A stretch of DNA of 64,000 nt from Vitrella brassicaformis CCMP3155 (Eukaryota > Protista > Chromerida): contig CDMY01000302.1 in assembly GCA_001179505.1 (NCBI GenBank), positions 1 to 64,000 on the forward strand, read 5' to 3'. The notes beneath the pieces are model-generated. The model made no database searches. It saw only the letters and a list, made by a program, of their open reading frames with translations, and was not told where the DNA came from. A program made the position numbers and the translations under genes. Shown piece after piece: positions 36,432 through 50,638 of the stretch. Every line of letters begins with the position of its first letter. Position 1 is the first letter of the stretch.

Positions 36432-39400
36432 TATGCCTCCAATCATCAGCTGCCCCCCACCCCCCCGACCCCACCAGCCGTCGATAACAACAGCGCCTGC
36501 TCAGAAGAGGTACGTTATCTGCGCCTATCCCGTTCCGTTCCCCATTTACCCCTGTGTCCGCTTCTTGTTTGTTTGTGTGTGTGGTGTCATCAATCAATCA
36601 GGAGCTGCTGTACCGTGCGAGTGACGAGATTCGCTTCATCAAGGAATACGACACCACCTATGTCGACGAGAACGTACGTCTATTCTACGCACACAGCTGT
36701 GGACACAATGGACAGAACCCTTACTGTGTGTGTCGGTGTTGTTGTCAATCAATCAGGGGTGTTATTATTTGGTCAGCGCCCAGTGGATCGCCTCGTGGAA
36801 GAAATTCGTCCAAAAGAGGTAGGTGCCAGCGGAAGGCGTGCTGACACACACAGACACACAGACAAACAGCCAACTGTGTGAACGCCTCTCTCTCTCTGTG
36901 TGTGTGTGTATGTGTGTGTGTGCAGCGGCCCCCTGCCCGGCCCAATCGCAAATGGTGTGTTTTTTGACGCGCAGGGGAATCTGCGCAACGGGCTGCAGTG
37001 CTCGGCCGACTACCGGTACGCACGCACACACACTCCCACACTCACAGATATGCAACGGGGTCTGTGTGCTCGTATGTGTTGGTCCAGAGGTGTCAATTCG
37101 TCTATCTGGCGCTTCTGGCTCGCACGCTATGGGTACGTACACTCCACCGACACGCTCCCCCTTGTGTATACCCATCAGTGTGTGTCTGTTCGTGTGCGTG
37201 CGCGCGTGCAGTGGCGGGCCCATTGTCAAGCGTATGCGGCTGGAGATCTACGGTGACAAGCGAATGAGCACACCACACCACACCATCCCACACGCATGTC
37301 GCCTCTTCCCTCTGGGGTGTGGTGTGTGTGCGGCACAGATCCGCCCATCGCTGCTGTGCCGGAGGACTCAATGCCGCCGGCCCACTTGTCCGGTATGTCT
37401 GAATGCCTGTTTGTCTGTCTGTCTGCCCACACTTGCGGCAAGGGGGATGCATCTATGTGTGTGTGTGTGATTGTGTGCAGGGTACACGGACCTTGCTCAG
37501 GTGTACGCTCGCGCGCGGCGGCGAGAACGGTACCTACACAAACACCCACCCTCACACAAACACCCACCCGGACATCTGTGTGTCCCCCCACTCACACAGG
37601 GATGGCTACTCCCATTCCAGCGGGCCAAGCAGGTGCGCACTGAACTGAACACGTGTGTGCCGTCACTCGCCTCTGTGTGTGTGGCGCCTGTGGGGATGCA
37701 GGCGGTCGAGCAGCGAGAGAGAGCGAGATCGGGATCGAGATCGCGACCGTGAGCGGCGGCACCATCGGCACCACTCTCATTCTCACTCCCACTCTCACGC
37801 TCACACGCCAAACGGCCACGTTGAGTACACCGAACGGTCAGCCTACACCCACACACATACACTATGGGCCTCGGTGGATGGATGCATGGATGGATTGATG
37901 CAGGCGCCGATCGTCTTCACGGAGACACAGAGGCCGTGACGACAGGTGCATACCGACGGATCACACACACAGATGCACAGGTTGATGCGTCTGGTGTGGT
38001 GTGGTGTGGCTGCAGCGAGCTGCCTCCCCATCCCCCCACCAGCAGCGACCGCCTGCCGTCACTGCCCTACCACGCGTACATGCCCACACACACCACACAC
38101 GCACACGCGCTCATTCTGCCCTACACCCCATGTGGTGACACGTGTGTGCGTGTGTGTGTGTGTGTGTGTGCAGCAACTCGCCCTATGCCGTCAGCGCCCC
38201 TGCACTCGACAGGAAACGAAGGGGTACGCTTCGCTTGCACTGCACGTGTGTGCCTCTATCTGACGGTGTGTGTCGTCTCTTCGTGTGTGTGTGTGTGTGT
38301 GTTCAGAGCACCGGAGTGGCTCGTTTTCCAATGGGGACAGCTCTCGCGACCGGGATCGGGACACGACCAGCGGTGCGCATGACGCTTCGATGCGCCCATA
38401 TATGTGTCTGCACACACGTGTGTGTGTGTGTGTGTGTGGTTGTGCAGGGCTGTCGCGTTTCCCCGCTGGCCTGGCCAACCTCGGCAACACGTGCTTCATG
38501 AACGCATCGCTGCAGGTACGCTACGCTCGCACCTCATCAACTCCACTTCACGGACACATCCACGTCAACATATGTGCGTCTCTCTCTGCGAGCAGTGTTT
38601 CGCCGGCATCCCATCGTTCGCCAAAGGCTTCAGAGAAAAGTACGCACACTCACCTCACCCACATTCCTATAGACCCACACACACATCCATCCATCCATCC
38701 CTGTCTCCCTTCCTGTGTGTGTGATTTCCACACCAGCGTGACGACCGACTCATCAGAGTTGACGCGGAGTCTCTTGGACGTGCTCACCGAGCTCAGCCTG
38801 ACGCCGCCGAGACGCTCCTACTTCTCATGCAACGGTACACACCCACAATCTCACTCAGATGCACTCACATCCACGCCAACACATGGAGGCCTTGCCTTCA
38901 CGTGTGTGTGTGTGTGCAGGTCTGCTGTCTCAGCTGCGGCGCACTGTGTCGCCGCTTTTTTTCGACTTTCAGCAACAGGGTACTGCTGCTGTTGTGTGGG
39001 GCGATGGTTGGGTGTGGTGGTGCACTGCAGCATACCATTTTATTACGTGTATGTCCATTCCATGTCATGTGTGGATCTGATGTGTGTGTGCAGATGCGCA
39101 TGAGTTTATTCGTCTGTTCCTGGACACGCTGCACGAAGACATGAAGGAGGGGGTACGGGCATAGTACACACACGCACATCCCTCCCTCCACATATGGATG
39201 CCGTCTGTGTGTGTGTGCTGTGTGTGTTTGTGTGTGTGTGTGTGTTTGATAGGATCTGTCTCCGTGTTCGCTGGAGGACTTCGAGCGCCAGCTCAAGAAG
39301 GAGGGCGTCAACTCGCAAATCGAGGTCAACACACATACACAGAGGGAGAGAGGGAGAGGAACACGTGTGTATGTGCATGTCTTTGTGTATGTGTGTATGC

Positions 39401-40568
39401 GTGTGACGATTGTGCAGGCAGCCGAGCGCTGGTGGAGCCACTTCCTCGAGAGCAACAACACCCTCATCGCAGAGACCTTCTCGGGACAGGTAACCACTCA
39501 CACCCACAACAATACGCTCCTGTCCATCCGTCTCTTCCTCGGTGTGTGTGTACCTGCAGCTGCGTTCGCGCGTCAAGTGCACCATGTGCGGGACCACCAG
39601 CGACACATTCGACCCCTTCTTCGACTTGTCGCTGCCACTCGAACGGGTAACTACGTGTGTGTTGACGGAGGTCCCTCATGTCGTTCGTGTGCCCACATCC
39701 ATCCATTCATGTGTGTGCGTGTTTAGGCGCCGCGTCTGTCGCTTCACACGTGTGTGGAGAGCTTCTTCGACGAAGAGATACTCGGACAGGTCAGCAAGGA
39801 GACAGAGCGATGGACGTGTCCGCGGATGGATTGATGGATGGATGGATGAGTGTGCGGTTGGTGCAGCCCGGCCACCAGCACTACTTCTGTGAGGTCTGCA
39901 AGCAGAAGAGACGGGTACGCACCCATGCACACCCACACACAAAAAGAAAACCCCCAGAATGGTCTATGTCTGCCCTCACCACCCACCCACAGGCGACCAA
40001 GCAGCTGTCCATCACACATGTGCCCAAGCTGCTCCTCGTCCACCTCAAACGGTACGCGCCTTACACTAGACACACACAATACGCACAGCCCACGAAGTAT
40101 GTGTGCCCTCTCTGTGTGTGTTCGTTGGTGTAGGTTCTCCTCAACGTTGACCAAGGTGCGGACGGCGGTGGACATCCCAATGAGACTCGAGAAGGGCGAA
40201 TGGATGGACAAGTGAGCCGGGAGGGAGGGAGGGAGGGATGACAGGGATGGAGAGGGGGGAGGGAGCTTTAGACACACGCGTGACCGGTGATGTCTGCTTG
40301 TGTGTGTAGGTTCTTCTGCGGCGCTGAGTATGACCTCCTGGGCGTGGTGCAGCACACAGGTATGCACACGGCACACCTACACAGACATACAGATGTGTTC
40401 ATTGACCCACTCGCCCGTGTCTGTGTCTGTCTCTGTCTTTGTCGCGTCCATGCAGGCGTGTCGCAGGGTGGACACTATGTGGCCTATGCCAAGCGCAACA
40501 GCAAGGTCGGTGGGAAGGCACACACATCCCAACACACAGCTGCTGATGTGAAGATTCATGGACTCTCG

Positions 40569-40605
<37 letters not shown>

Positions 40606-40730
40606 TGCAGTGGTATCTGTTTGACGACGACCGGGTGCATTTGGTGTCTGCCGATGAGGTGCAGCGGGCCGAGGCCTACTGCCTCTTCTACATGAAGGTC
40701 GAGCGAGACGACAATGAGCAGCAAAGATGA
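34957..40730 (+). CDS. Ubiquitin-specific protease (C19 family) with N-terminal DUSP-like domain
   Basis: Cys box GLANLGNTCFMNASLQ; QDAHEFIRLFLDTLHED; CTMCG/CEVC zinc ribbon; His box GGHYVAYAK..WYLFDDDRV; DUSP-like PGPIAN..DYR..GGPIVKR. Probable start MGGQAKPAE|VC at 34957. Confidence 0.9.
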
Positions 40731-41939
40731 TGAAGGCACGTGTGTCCATCCACCACATATACATGGCCACACACGTGAGGTGAGTCAGGCCGCCGACGGT
40801 TGATTGCACATCTAGACCGTCGATCGTAGCTGCCAGTGGTGTTTTTGTACATGGTGGGGGGGAGGGAGGGGGGGACCCGTGACAGACAGACAGACAGACA
40901 GGCGGACAGATGTATCCCTACACACACACGGATGGTTGCGTACACGTACTGAGTGTACAGGTAGACAGACAAACATGCACACAGACACGCGGACACTGAT
41001 TGCTTTGTATAGCTAGACTGAACAAATGAATGGATTGGTTTGGTTGATGGGGTGATGGGTGGAGGGATGGTTGATGGATGGATGGATCGCTTCCTTGCCT
41101 GCCTGCCTGCGTGTCTGCATACCTGCCTGCCTGCCTGCCTGCATGTCTGTTCGTCCGGTTGCCAATACTTTTTCGTCTCAACGCGTGTGTGAGTGATCCC
41201 CATGTGTGTGTCCGTGTCTGTCTGGTGTGCAATAACACACATGTATCCCCGCGCGCGATCCGCGCGCGGCCGTGTGTGCCTGACTGCCTGGATGGATGGA
41301 TGGATGGATCTCTGCATTCCAGAATGGCTGCTGGTGGATTGACGAGTGTGCGCATGTGTCTTTGTTTGTGACTGTGAGTGAGGGAGTGTTGGTTTTGCCC
41401 GACCGACCGAGTGACTGACAGACAGGCAGACAGACAGAGCCCCTGACTGGCTCTCTGCCTGCATTGCATGTGTGCCATCCGTGTCCGCCCACCCACACGT
41501 GTGTGTACACATGATGCCAATTAACGCAACTCTTTGTCCCTTCGATCGAATGATCATTCGTGCGCCTCTCCTGCCCTGTCAAATCCCTTCGAGCACCCGG
41601 CAACACGCATGGCAACTGCCCAGTCAGCCAGGCAGCCATGCACACTCACACATCGGCCGGAGCGTCACACCAAAATCGGCCAGCAGATGATCGGAGCGCA
41701 TGAGACGCACTCACACCCACAGCCACACCCACAGGCAGCCGGCCCTGAGGACGGGCAGATATCTCTTTACACACACCTAGCGGTATGCGATGCGTCTTCA
41801 AAACGGATCAGCTTCAGAGACAATGACAGCCAGCACGCACATACACACAGAGTGCAGGGCGACATGCAACAACATGGCGACAGACGACATGCATATCGCT
41901 GCTCACCCACCGGTAGTGACTGATGGATGGATGGATCGA

Positions 41940-43410
41940 TCAGCCGCCGCTCTCCGCCTCAGCTGCTCCACCCTCACCTGCCGAGGGCACAATACACACA
42001 CACACACACAACCATATGTGTGATGCAGATCGACGTGGGGGCCTCCGTGGTGTGTGTGACTGTGCCCTCCCTCTATCCATACCATCGTCACTGTCGTGAT
42101 CTTGCTGCTGATGCTGCTACTGTACTTGTCCGTCGAATACGAATGGCGCCACCGCCCTCAACGCCACGCGAGCCAGCTGAGTGGTCACCGGGAAGCGGTG
42201 CTTGAAGGCGCCACCCCCACACACAGCCGCCTCAGTGGTCTCGACACGCACATCCACTGCACACAAGGGGAAGAAGACCACGCGACATTGACGAGCAGAG
42301 CTCCCTCTCTGTCTCCCTTACCGTCGTTGTTTCCTGCTCCGCTGATGGAAATCGATGCGACGAAGGGGTGGCTGCTGTTGGTGAGCACCAGCCACCACTC
42401 ATCACCGTCCAGCCCCATTGTGGTCGTGCATCCGGCCATCGGTGTGTGAGGCGACTCGGTCAGCAGGCCATTTAGACGGCCGCCACCAACATACCTGAAC
42501 CAACCACAGCCATACACAGTCAACGGCGCACCTGGTATCTTTAGTGCCATTGATGTCTTGTCACCTGTTGAGTCTTATCGATGTGCGGTTGGTCTGGTGA
42601 GTCTCGCTGAAGTGGTCGAAGATCATGAACTTGGCAGACGACGACAGTGACGCATCGGTGAACAGGCCACCGTCCGACACCCATCCGCCGCCGTCCTCGG
42701 TCGAGTAGATGATGCCGCTGTTGGTCGCCGGTGGGTCGTATGGCTGTCGGTGCTGCCGATACAGGTGGCCGGCAGGGAGGGCCGGGTCGACCTCCAGCTC
42801 GAAGCCGGGCTGGTCCTTGATGGCCCGCATTCCACCGTTGCCGTGTTGGAACAGCTGCAGGCAGCTGCCGTCACTGAACTGGAAGTGGCGGCCGACCATC
42901 CTGAGCTGCGCCAACACACGGGGAGCCGAGACATACGCCTACACACACGACCACACACACACAGAGAATGAGGCCCTCTCCCTCCCCTCCCCGCCCCTCT
43001 GTTTGCTGGCTCACCGTTATGTTTGCGTGTGTGTTGATGTCAGCCCCACTCAGGGTCACAGGCAGGTCAAAGTTGCCGCACTGCCCCGCCAGCTCAATCA
43101 CCTCGGCCATCTCGCCCCAGGCCCCCTCCTCCACCACACACACAGCCGCCAGCACATCATGTGTGCCGAACTTGTCGTCGTCGAACCGCAGCAGCTGCAC
43201 TTGCTGCCCATTCACCGCCCGCCGCAGCCCCGCCTGTGAGTCCAGCGAGTGGCGGAGCCGATCTCTTAGCTGGGCCGCTCCGAAGAGCTCTCTGAGCCAG
43301 GTGCAGGTGGCCCTCAGCCGCAGGATGTCCTTGATGCTGCTGAAGAGGTAGAAGGTGCGGCAGCCGACGAAGATATACGAGAAGGGGTGCTGCCGCTGCG
43401 GTGGCTGCAT
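41940..43410 (-). CDS. Lineage-specific family A hypothetical protein, copy 2; TAG at 42117-42119 precedes a residual acidic tail exon
   Basis: Same exon series as copy 1 (MQPPQRQHPFSYIFVGCRTFYLF..; VDVRVETTEAAVCGGGAFKHRFP..DGQVQ*). The final exon GEGGAAEAESGG* ends at 41940. Confidence 0.75.
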
Positions 43411-43431
43411 CTGGGTAGCTACGATGTGCTC

Positions 43432-43535
43432 GACGAGAGGCTGCACAGAGGGACAGAGCCGACAGGGGATCGTGTGCATCAAGCATGCTGCTCATTGATC
43501 TGTGTGCTCACCTCGTTCGATGCTCAGATGGACAG
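43432..43535 (-). promoter_or_regulatory. Shared 5' leader module, copy M2
   Basis: Reverse complement reads gatctgtccatctgagcatcgaacgag|gtgagcacacagatcaatgagcagcatgcttga..tctgtgcag. Confidence 0.65.
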
Positions 43536-45938
43536 ATCAGCAGGCAGAGAACGGAAAAAAGCACCACCACCACCACCACCACCTCCAGCACCACTGGCAG
43601 ATGAGGAGGCCGCCATCACTCCTCAACGACAAGCCTGCAGCGATGGGCCGACAAGTACAGAGAGAGAGAAATGCCAACAGAAAAGGACGGCGAGCGCATT
43701 GAGGCCAATGGATTAGTGAGCGCATCAGTGAGTCCGTCAGTGAGTGGTCGGCCTCCCTCACCTCTGTTTGGCTGTCAGCTCAATGGCCCGCTTCCACCGG
43801 GAGGATGATTCGAGTGATTCCCTTCGGCCGCTTTCTCGGCCGAGTGCGTCACTCTCGCAACGCCCAGCTATCCGACAAGGCACAAACGCCACAGCGCACC
43901 TCTCACGCGTGGGGCTAAAGGGTAATCAACCCTTTGACCCGAACCCTGCTGCTGCGTGAAACACAAATTTTGAGCCTGCAGATCTTTCGCCTTTTTCCCT
44001 AACCTGCCCTCCCTCTTGGGCATGGCAGAGGCGGCGGAAGGCGTCCGCGCGCGTCGTCTGACTCGCTCCCCTCCCTGCCCCTTCTCCTGCCAGCCGGCGG
44101 ACGTCGGCCGTTGACAGGTACGGGCGGCAACAGAGAAGCTCACAGGCAGCAGAAACCACACACGACGTATTGCATGTGACAGAGAGGAAGATGCGCAGAT
44201 ATCAAGGCAGGATGCAGACGAGCACGCGTGTGTCTGGTGTGTGTTTCCTGCAGGCGTCGCGAGATCAGCACCGGACGAACTGTGTGGACGCTCGGCGGTG
44301 CTCATGGCGTGACTTCGAGCCACTCCTCCGCTTCTTTCTCTCACTTGGTGTCTCACTGAGGCCTGCATGCGGCGGGGCGACTCGTCAACTCTCCCTCCAC
44401 TCGACCACCTGACGCTTCAACACACTGACGACAGCACCCACCCACTAGCGGCTGGCGGCTCAAGACAATCCCACTCGCTACAGACCAGTGTCCTGCCAAC
44501 ACGCACCTCTCATCCCTCGTCTGTGCCCAGCCGACGGCCAGACGCCCCCGTCTGATGACCTCCCACATGCCCCTCTGGATATCGGTGGCTGACGGGCTGT
44601 GAGCGGGTCGACGCTGCAAGGAGGCATTGGGGCAGACGCATGCCCTCTCGCTAATGGGCCATGTGGCTGCCGGATGTCTATTTGTAGGTCAGTGAGGGGG
44701 GGGGGGAGGGCTGCACACACACACACACACGCCTGCAGAGACAAACGCACTGCTTTGCTGTGTTTTTACTTCATCAGCGCCGACCCGCTCACTGGCCGTC
44801 CCACCGACGCGCATACACACAAGACGACAGATGACCGGCCGCTCTTCGGGATGGATCGGCGGTCTGGTGGGCAGCTGTGAGGTTACTGCGGGGGCCGAGG
44901 ATGTCGGCAAGGCGGCTCGGCTGGGGGATGATGACTGGTGAAAGAGGTGGATGGATGCGGTGTTGCGGCGGCCCGGTCCAAAGCAGCCAATGAGAGTGTA
45001 TGTGAGTGCTGTCAGTGTGGTGCCTGTGGAGGTGTCGTGTGTGGTCGTGTTGGAGGGGTACAGGTACGGTTTATCCCGGCGTGTGTCGGGCCTGTCTCTG
45101 TGTAGCCATCCAGGCAACCAGCTGATGTATATGCTCTGGCCATCTGACCTCCTCTCTCTCCCTCGGCTGTGGATACTTCTGCTCACGTCGTGTATGCGGT
45201 GTTTTGTGCTTCGTGGTGTATGTGTGTGTGTGTTTGGCTTCGGAATCCTGCTGCTCAGACAGCGAAAGCGAAACCGGCGGCTCGCATTAGCTTTCGCTTG
45301 ATCTCTAGGATTGCGAAGCGAAGCATACACATACGGCCCCACATTCTTCATTCCTTTCTTCTGATGGATAATCTGTTTATGTGGTTGGGTCAGTCTCTCG
45401 TTGGCTCATCCGTATGGACACGCGTACGTGGCTGACGACGGAAAGGGCGACGGTCTCTTTGCAGCTGACCGACGTCCTTTTCGGTCTCGTCCCGGTACGC
45501 TTGTCCACGGGTGAGGCAACAGAGAGAAGACACGTCATCGCTTCTCATCTGTGTGGTCCCTGGCATATGTGTGTGTATCATATGGACGACACTTATGTGC
45601 CCTCTCACTCACATCAATTTGAGATGCGATGGGACATCGATGGGTCATTGGCATCATGATGTTGAGATGATGCATGGGATACGACGATAATCAACAAGAG
45701 ACAGAGTGGATGCTCTCTTAGTGGGCGATTAAGTGAATCGCAACAGAAGCGAGTCTCGGTACAAGCCATCATCCGTCAATCAGACATCCATAGAAATGTG
45801 TTCACCGCCTATATCGCATGCAGTCGTCTCAACCGCCCGACAGCAACACGCCAAGAGAGCCTCAAAACAGACGCATGTAGAAACACACGGCGGTTCTAAT
45901 GCAGGAAGGCATTGAGGCATCGGTAGGTCAAGTGTCTT

Positions 45939-47146
45939 TCAATGAGTCTGGGCTGATGCCGCTTGCGCCAGAGGTGGGAAGTGCGCTGAAAGCACCGCCG
46001 CACACTGCAAGCCAAGAGACATGCACCCAAGAAGGAGTGTGTGTGTCTGTGTTTGGCGGATCGCTGCAGTTGAGTCGCTGTCCTTACGCAGCGCGATAGG
46101 CCGGGTGGGCCGTGCAGCGCCAGTCGTTGGATTTTGGCCAGACCGCCAGCCTTCACGGGCAGATAGCACATGTACTGAGTGAGACATTGGCCGTCTTCTG
46201 CCCTGATTCTGACATGAATGACTGACCCGGCGGACCAGCCCACAGTAGGCATTGTCGGTGAGGCCTTGACTCGCGTGCTTCCGCCGCCCCACACTGCACA
46301 GGAATGACAACAGAAGAGCCACAATGCGTGTCATATGCACTGTTCCCTTCTCCTGACCCACGACCGACCGCCCGACCACAGAATGCGATCAAGTGCCATC
46401 AGGGCGGTGCGGACCTCCAAAGGCTTGTTGCTGTCCAGCAAGGCACACACGGCATCGACGCACCCACACTTAACTAGATACTCTCCCTGCAGACATCCAT
46501 CCATCCATTTATTTATCTATCCCTTGTGTGTCCGTCTTCTGGGAACACCTGCAAGTACCTGTGGTAGGCACCATCTCGCGACCTCTAGGATGGCTGTGCT
46601 GGCCATTGCTGAGTGCTGGGCCATGAAGCGCAGAAAAACGGCCGCGTGGATCACCAGATCCATGTCATCGCTAAATGACAGCAGCTTGACGAGGGTGGGG
46701 ATGCCATCTGCGTCAATCAGCGCCTGGACGACCCAGTCCCTCATGGATGGACACGAAACCGGGGGAGATCTGTGGCAGCGGGAGCGTAAAGTAGGTGAGT
46801 GGATCTCGGCTCGTGAGGCTGGCCAGCAGTTCCAGGATGGGCTGCTTTGGATGCATTCTTTGTGGACGAAGGTTGATGCCCAGCTGAAGTCAGAAGAGAG
46901 CAACGCTCGAATCAGGAGGGGGGGGAGGACCATGGGGAGAGGATGACAACGGCAGCCGACAGTGCTCCTGGCAGCACAATACCCCCAGCACAAGCCAAAG
47001 CGTCCCGAAGCGTCCCGAAGGAAGTTTATGAATTGGCGAGAATTGAGACGGGAAGCGGGCAGACAATGCAGGCCTTTTCCATCACTGGCAGCACCCCCTC
47101 TGCGGACCATGGGGATACGATATACTCCAGCCACCTCGATTGGCAC
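45939..47146 (-). pseudogene. Divergent importin-alpha-like armadillo repeat gene, C-terminal part only; 5' part degenerate or unresolved
   Basis: VVQALIDADGIPTLVKLLSFSDD; EYLVKCGCVDAVCALLDSNKPLEVRTALMALDRILWSG; VKAGGLAKIQRLALH; CAAVLSAHFPP. These follow the order of the last ARM repeats of importin alpha. Confidence 0.55.
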
Positions 47147-47284
47147 CTCGACAATTCATCGAGGAGTACGACACCATCTGAGGAACCAGGCAAGGTGTTT
47201 CTTGTAGCGAGCAGCGTGTTTGAGTTGCCGTCTGATGTCACTCTCCCCGATGCTTGAGGACGCCATAAATGGCCGCGAATTGCT

Positions 47285-48994
47285 ATGAAGGCACATCCGC
47301 CGCTGAGGCTCACGACGCCCGAATGCAAGCTGCTCTACCATCTCGGCGTACAGGAGGCCTCCCGGCTATCGCATGCCACAGCTGTATTGGCGGTCAGGTC
47401 TATCCGACCGAGGGGACGTACCATCTACGGCGACTCCATGGACGACAAGGGGGGACGAGGTGCCGCTGCGCAAGAGGTTCCCTCGTGATGTCAAGTGGGA
47501 GCAGCCGATCGAGCACCTGAAGCATCGGCTACTGCAGACCCTTTTGCCGTCGTCCCAGCCCTCGCACTTCGATGACGTCCACGCCCTAGAAGGCTGTCTG
47601 AGCGTGAAGATCCTGGAGGAGGCGGGCGCGGACATACAGCATACCAGACTGAGCCAGGTCGTCGCGAATCGCTTCTCCTCGCGCCTGACCGACAACGCAG
47701 CAGCCAAGGCAGACATCGCCATCCTGTGTGTGTACGGATCCGCAGTGTTCCTGGCCATAACACATCTGGTGCTCTTGGCAACTGGTCAGGATACAGATGC
47801 GGCCATTCTCGCTAAGAATGTGGTGAACCTACACCCCTGGCACCGCACGTCATCCCGATGTCTCATTGGGTCACATGCAGATGTGTCTTGTTTCGATGAC
47901 ATGGAGGCGGAAGTTTCTGAGTCGGTTGCGTCGTCTCCGTGAGAGGCCGGTTCGGATTGGATGCCTGAGACGGAATCGGAAGCAGACGACGAGTCGAGTG
48001 GCCACGATGACGCCGCCTCTGAGGCCAACAGTGATGCCTCTGTGGACTCGGCTGTGCCGGCCTCAGAGAAGGCCTACGTCTGCGCTTCGGACATCGAGCG
48101 GCTGATGGACAAGATGGCGAGCGAGTTGAATCTAAAGCCTCCAGATGTATATGGTGTACAATGTCGACTGCTCTAGTCCCCCCCAAGTGCTGGCAGTCTT
48201 CCCCTCGGCGGACACGACGGATGCGGTGATGCAGAAGAGGCGGCTCGACCTTCTCATAGACATCTGCAGGCAGGAAGGGCACAAGGTACGCACAGAATCA
48301 CCTGCAAAGGGAGAGAGAGAGGGACACAGAGAGGGAGAGATCCCTGGGGTCACATGTTTGTGATGTCATGTATGCGCAGGTTTTCAGTCACAGTGCGGGT
48401 GGAGCCGGCAAGCTTGTCAAGATGCACATCTACCTCATGCTGCACCCCTAGCCCGACCGTCCCGGCCGCATCTTCGCGAACGAGACGTGATCGTATGACG
48501 TCTACCCACCCCCCGAGACGGTCCCGAAGGCCAAACCGTACCCCATACCCATCCAGGATCCCCTCCACACCTGCCTTAAGGGCCGCAATCGTGGCATCAC
48601 GCACACCAGCTGCACTCTCACCCTCGGCATAGGTGACGACGAGCGTCAGACGGTGTCGAAGAAGCACCTCTATCCTCTCGTCAACGACCAATCCGTGTGG
48701 CAGTGGCAGCTCTGTCGTAGCGACCGCACATGGACCGCAGGGTGGTTCGGCCCCATTTGCCTCGCGGTGGGCAGGAGCTGCCTGGCTGTCCTGCCCCTGG
48801 TCCCTTCTGCCTGCTTGGCAGTGATGCATTGGCTGATCGACCTGCTACGACTGGCGGAAGAGGCGGCATGGCTGCTCTTTCGCGTTTTTCTGGCGTGTGT
48901 GTTAATCTGGTTGCTCATCCGCTACGGCACTAGAGGCAAGATGGGAGCGAAGGACTTCCTAGGATGGTGGCACTACGAGAACATGACAGGGTGA
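47285..48994 (+). pseudogene. Degenerate hypothetical gene with multiple in-frame stops and frameshifts
   Basis: One frame runs 47373-48176 through TGA 47940 and TAG 48174. After an intron, one frame runs 48380-48994 through TAG 48449 and TGA 48488. Frame changes occur near 47480 and in the C-run at 48178-48184. Confidence 0.5.
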
Positions 48995-50312
48995 CCCGTT
49001 CGGCAAGAACTCAGCCATGATGATGGCACGTCAGACGGCAGACGAGGCAAACGAGGGCCGAGGAGATGGAATACCCATGTATGCATGAAGTCACACACAC
49101 ACACACACACACCAGTCCAACACACACAACATATATGACACGCGTTTGGCTGCTCTGCGTGACGGGTGGGTTGAGGGGTAGGGAAGTCATCTGTCGATTC
49201 ATTTATTGCTATGCGTACGTGTATACTTCTTAGGAAGCGACTTCTTGAGATGGTGGCGTCACGAGAATAAAGGCCGCCGCACTGGTGGCCGCCCTATCGT
49301 CGACGTCAACGGCTTCAAAGTCAAACGCAAGAAGTGAGACGTAAGCTGATTCTCTCACTGGTATGCACGGAGAGCACGACTCGATAGAGACACGTATACA
49401 TGCATCCTCGTGCTTTTCTTGTCAGGCGAGACGATCCGGGGTTGATTACCTTCCCGGACTACCCGCATTTGCGCGGCAACGCCCGTGTGGACTTGGCTAC
49501 GTTCACGCGCGATGGGAACCAACATGGAACACTATCAAATCCATTCGAGCGGTCATCCCTTCACAGCTTCGCCTGCAAGCACGTGAGGATGCTGTTCATC
49601 ATGTAAGGCAGTCAACTCTTCGACTCGTATGTGTTTTCCAGAACTCGCTGCTCTTCAAGCCATGATGTCCATCATGATGAGGTACCATGGCGATTCGGCG
49701 AGATCATGAACGTCACTCTGTGAGCTTAAGAGAAACTCTTTTTTCTTCCCTTCAGCTAGCGAATGGGGCTTTTTCGTGCTGTTCTGAGTAGTGTACGGGC
49801 TTTACCTGCCCAGCACTGCCAGCACTGCCGCTAGCACTGCCGCCACCGACAAGGCCAAGCCCAAATCGAAGCAGATGGGAGTGGTGACGTGGGTGTAATT
49901 AAGTGTCTATGACTGTGTGAGTAGGGAAGTAGTGAGTACGACATGTAAGACGTGACGTCTCCATGGCGTTACAAGTAGACATCCGTGATTGTCTCACTCA
50001 GTGTCATCCATGCAATGCAAAGCACCGTCGATGTACTTATACGTGTCAATGAAATGTGTGACAAATGAGACATCCAAAACCCACCTAAGTATCAGGCAGA
50101 CACGGAAGAAACGACACACAACGACACAGACATGCCAGGCATAATGGATGACCGATGCCAGCTCAGCGAAGGTATTGGTAGAGTGAATGCTGGCCACAGC
50201 ACATCAGCACACATTTGTTGGTATGAGGACGAAGGGTGTAAATGAGCATAAGAGTATGTGCAAATGGTCTGTTTGTTGCTGTGGTCGTGTGGTGTGATGT
50301 GCGTGTGTGCAG

Positions 50313-50416
50313 AAGGGTGTTGAGAACGACCGCAGCTCTGCCGCCTGTCGGTGCCGGCTCACATCGACGAGGTGTGGCACTCAGTGCTGGTCGATCCGGT
50401 GCTGTACATGTCGCTC
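50313..50416 (+). pseudogene. Displaced, truncated copy of the GRDP-like exon at 28187-28288
   Basis: Near-identical to the reverse complement of 28187-28288, plus the adjacent intron end. It carries a 2-nt insertion at ~50337 (frameshift) and stops abruptly at 50416. Confidence 0.85.
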
Positions 50417-50638
50417 TAAAGAAACGGCCCAGAGGGTCTCGCATAGCTGTCCGACCTTCCTTCTTCCCTTCCCGCGTAAGTTTGTCTGACTCAGTCTGCG
50501 TGTCCTCAAATGGCGCCAGCAAGCCCGCAGACTGCTTCAGACCCTCTTCTATCTGGTCATCAGTGCAGCCAGTGATACCCTTGAGCATCTGACGCCACGT
50601 CAGCAGCTCCACAGAGAGGTACTCGTACCTCCCTGTCC

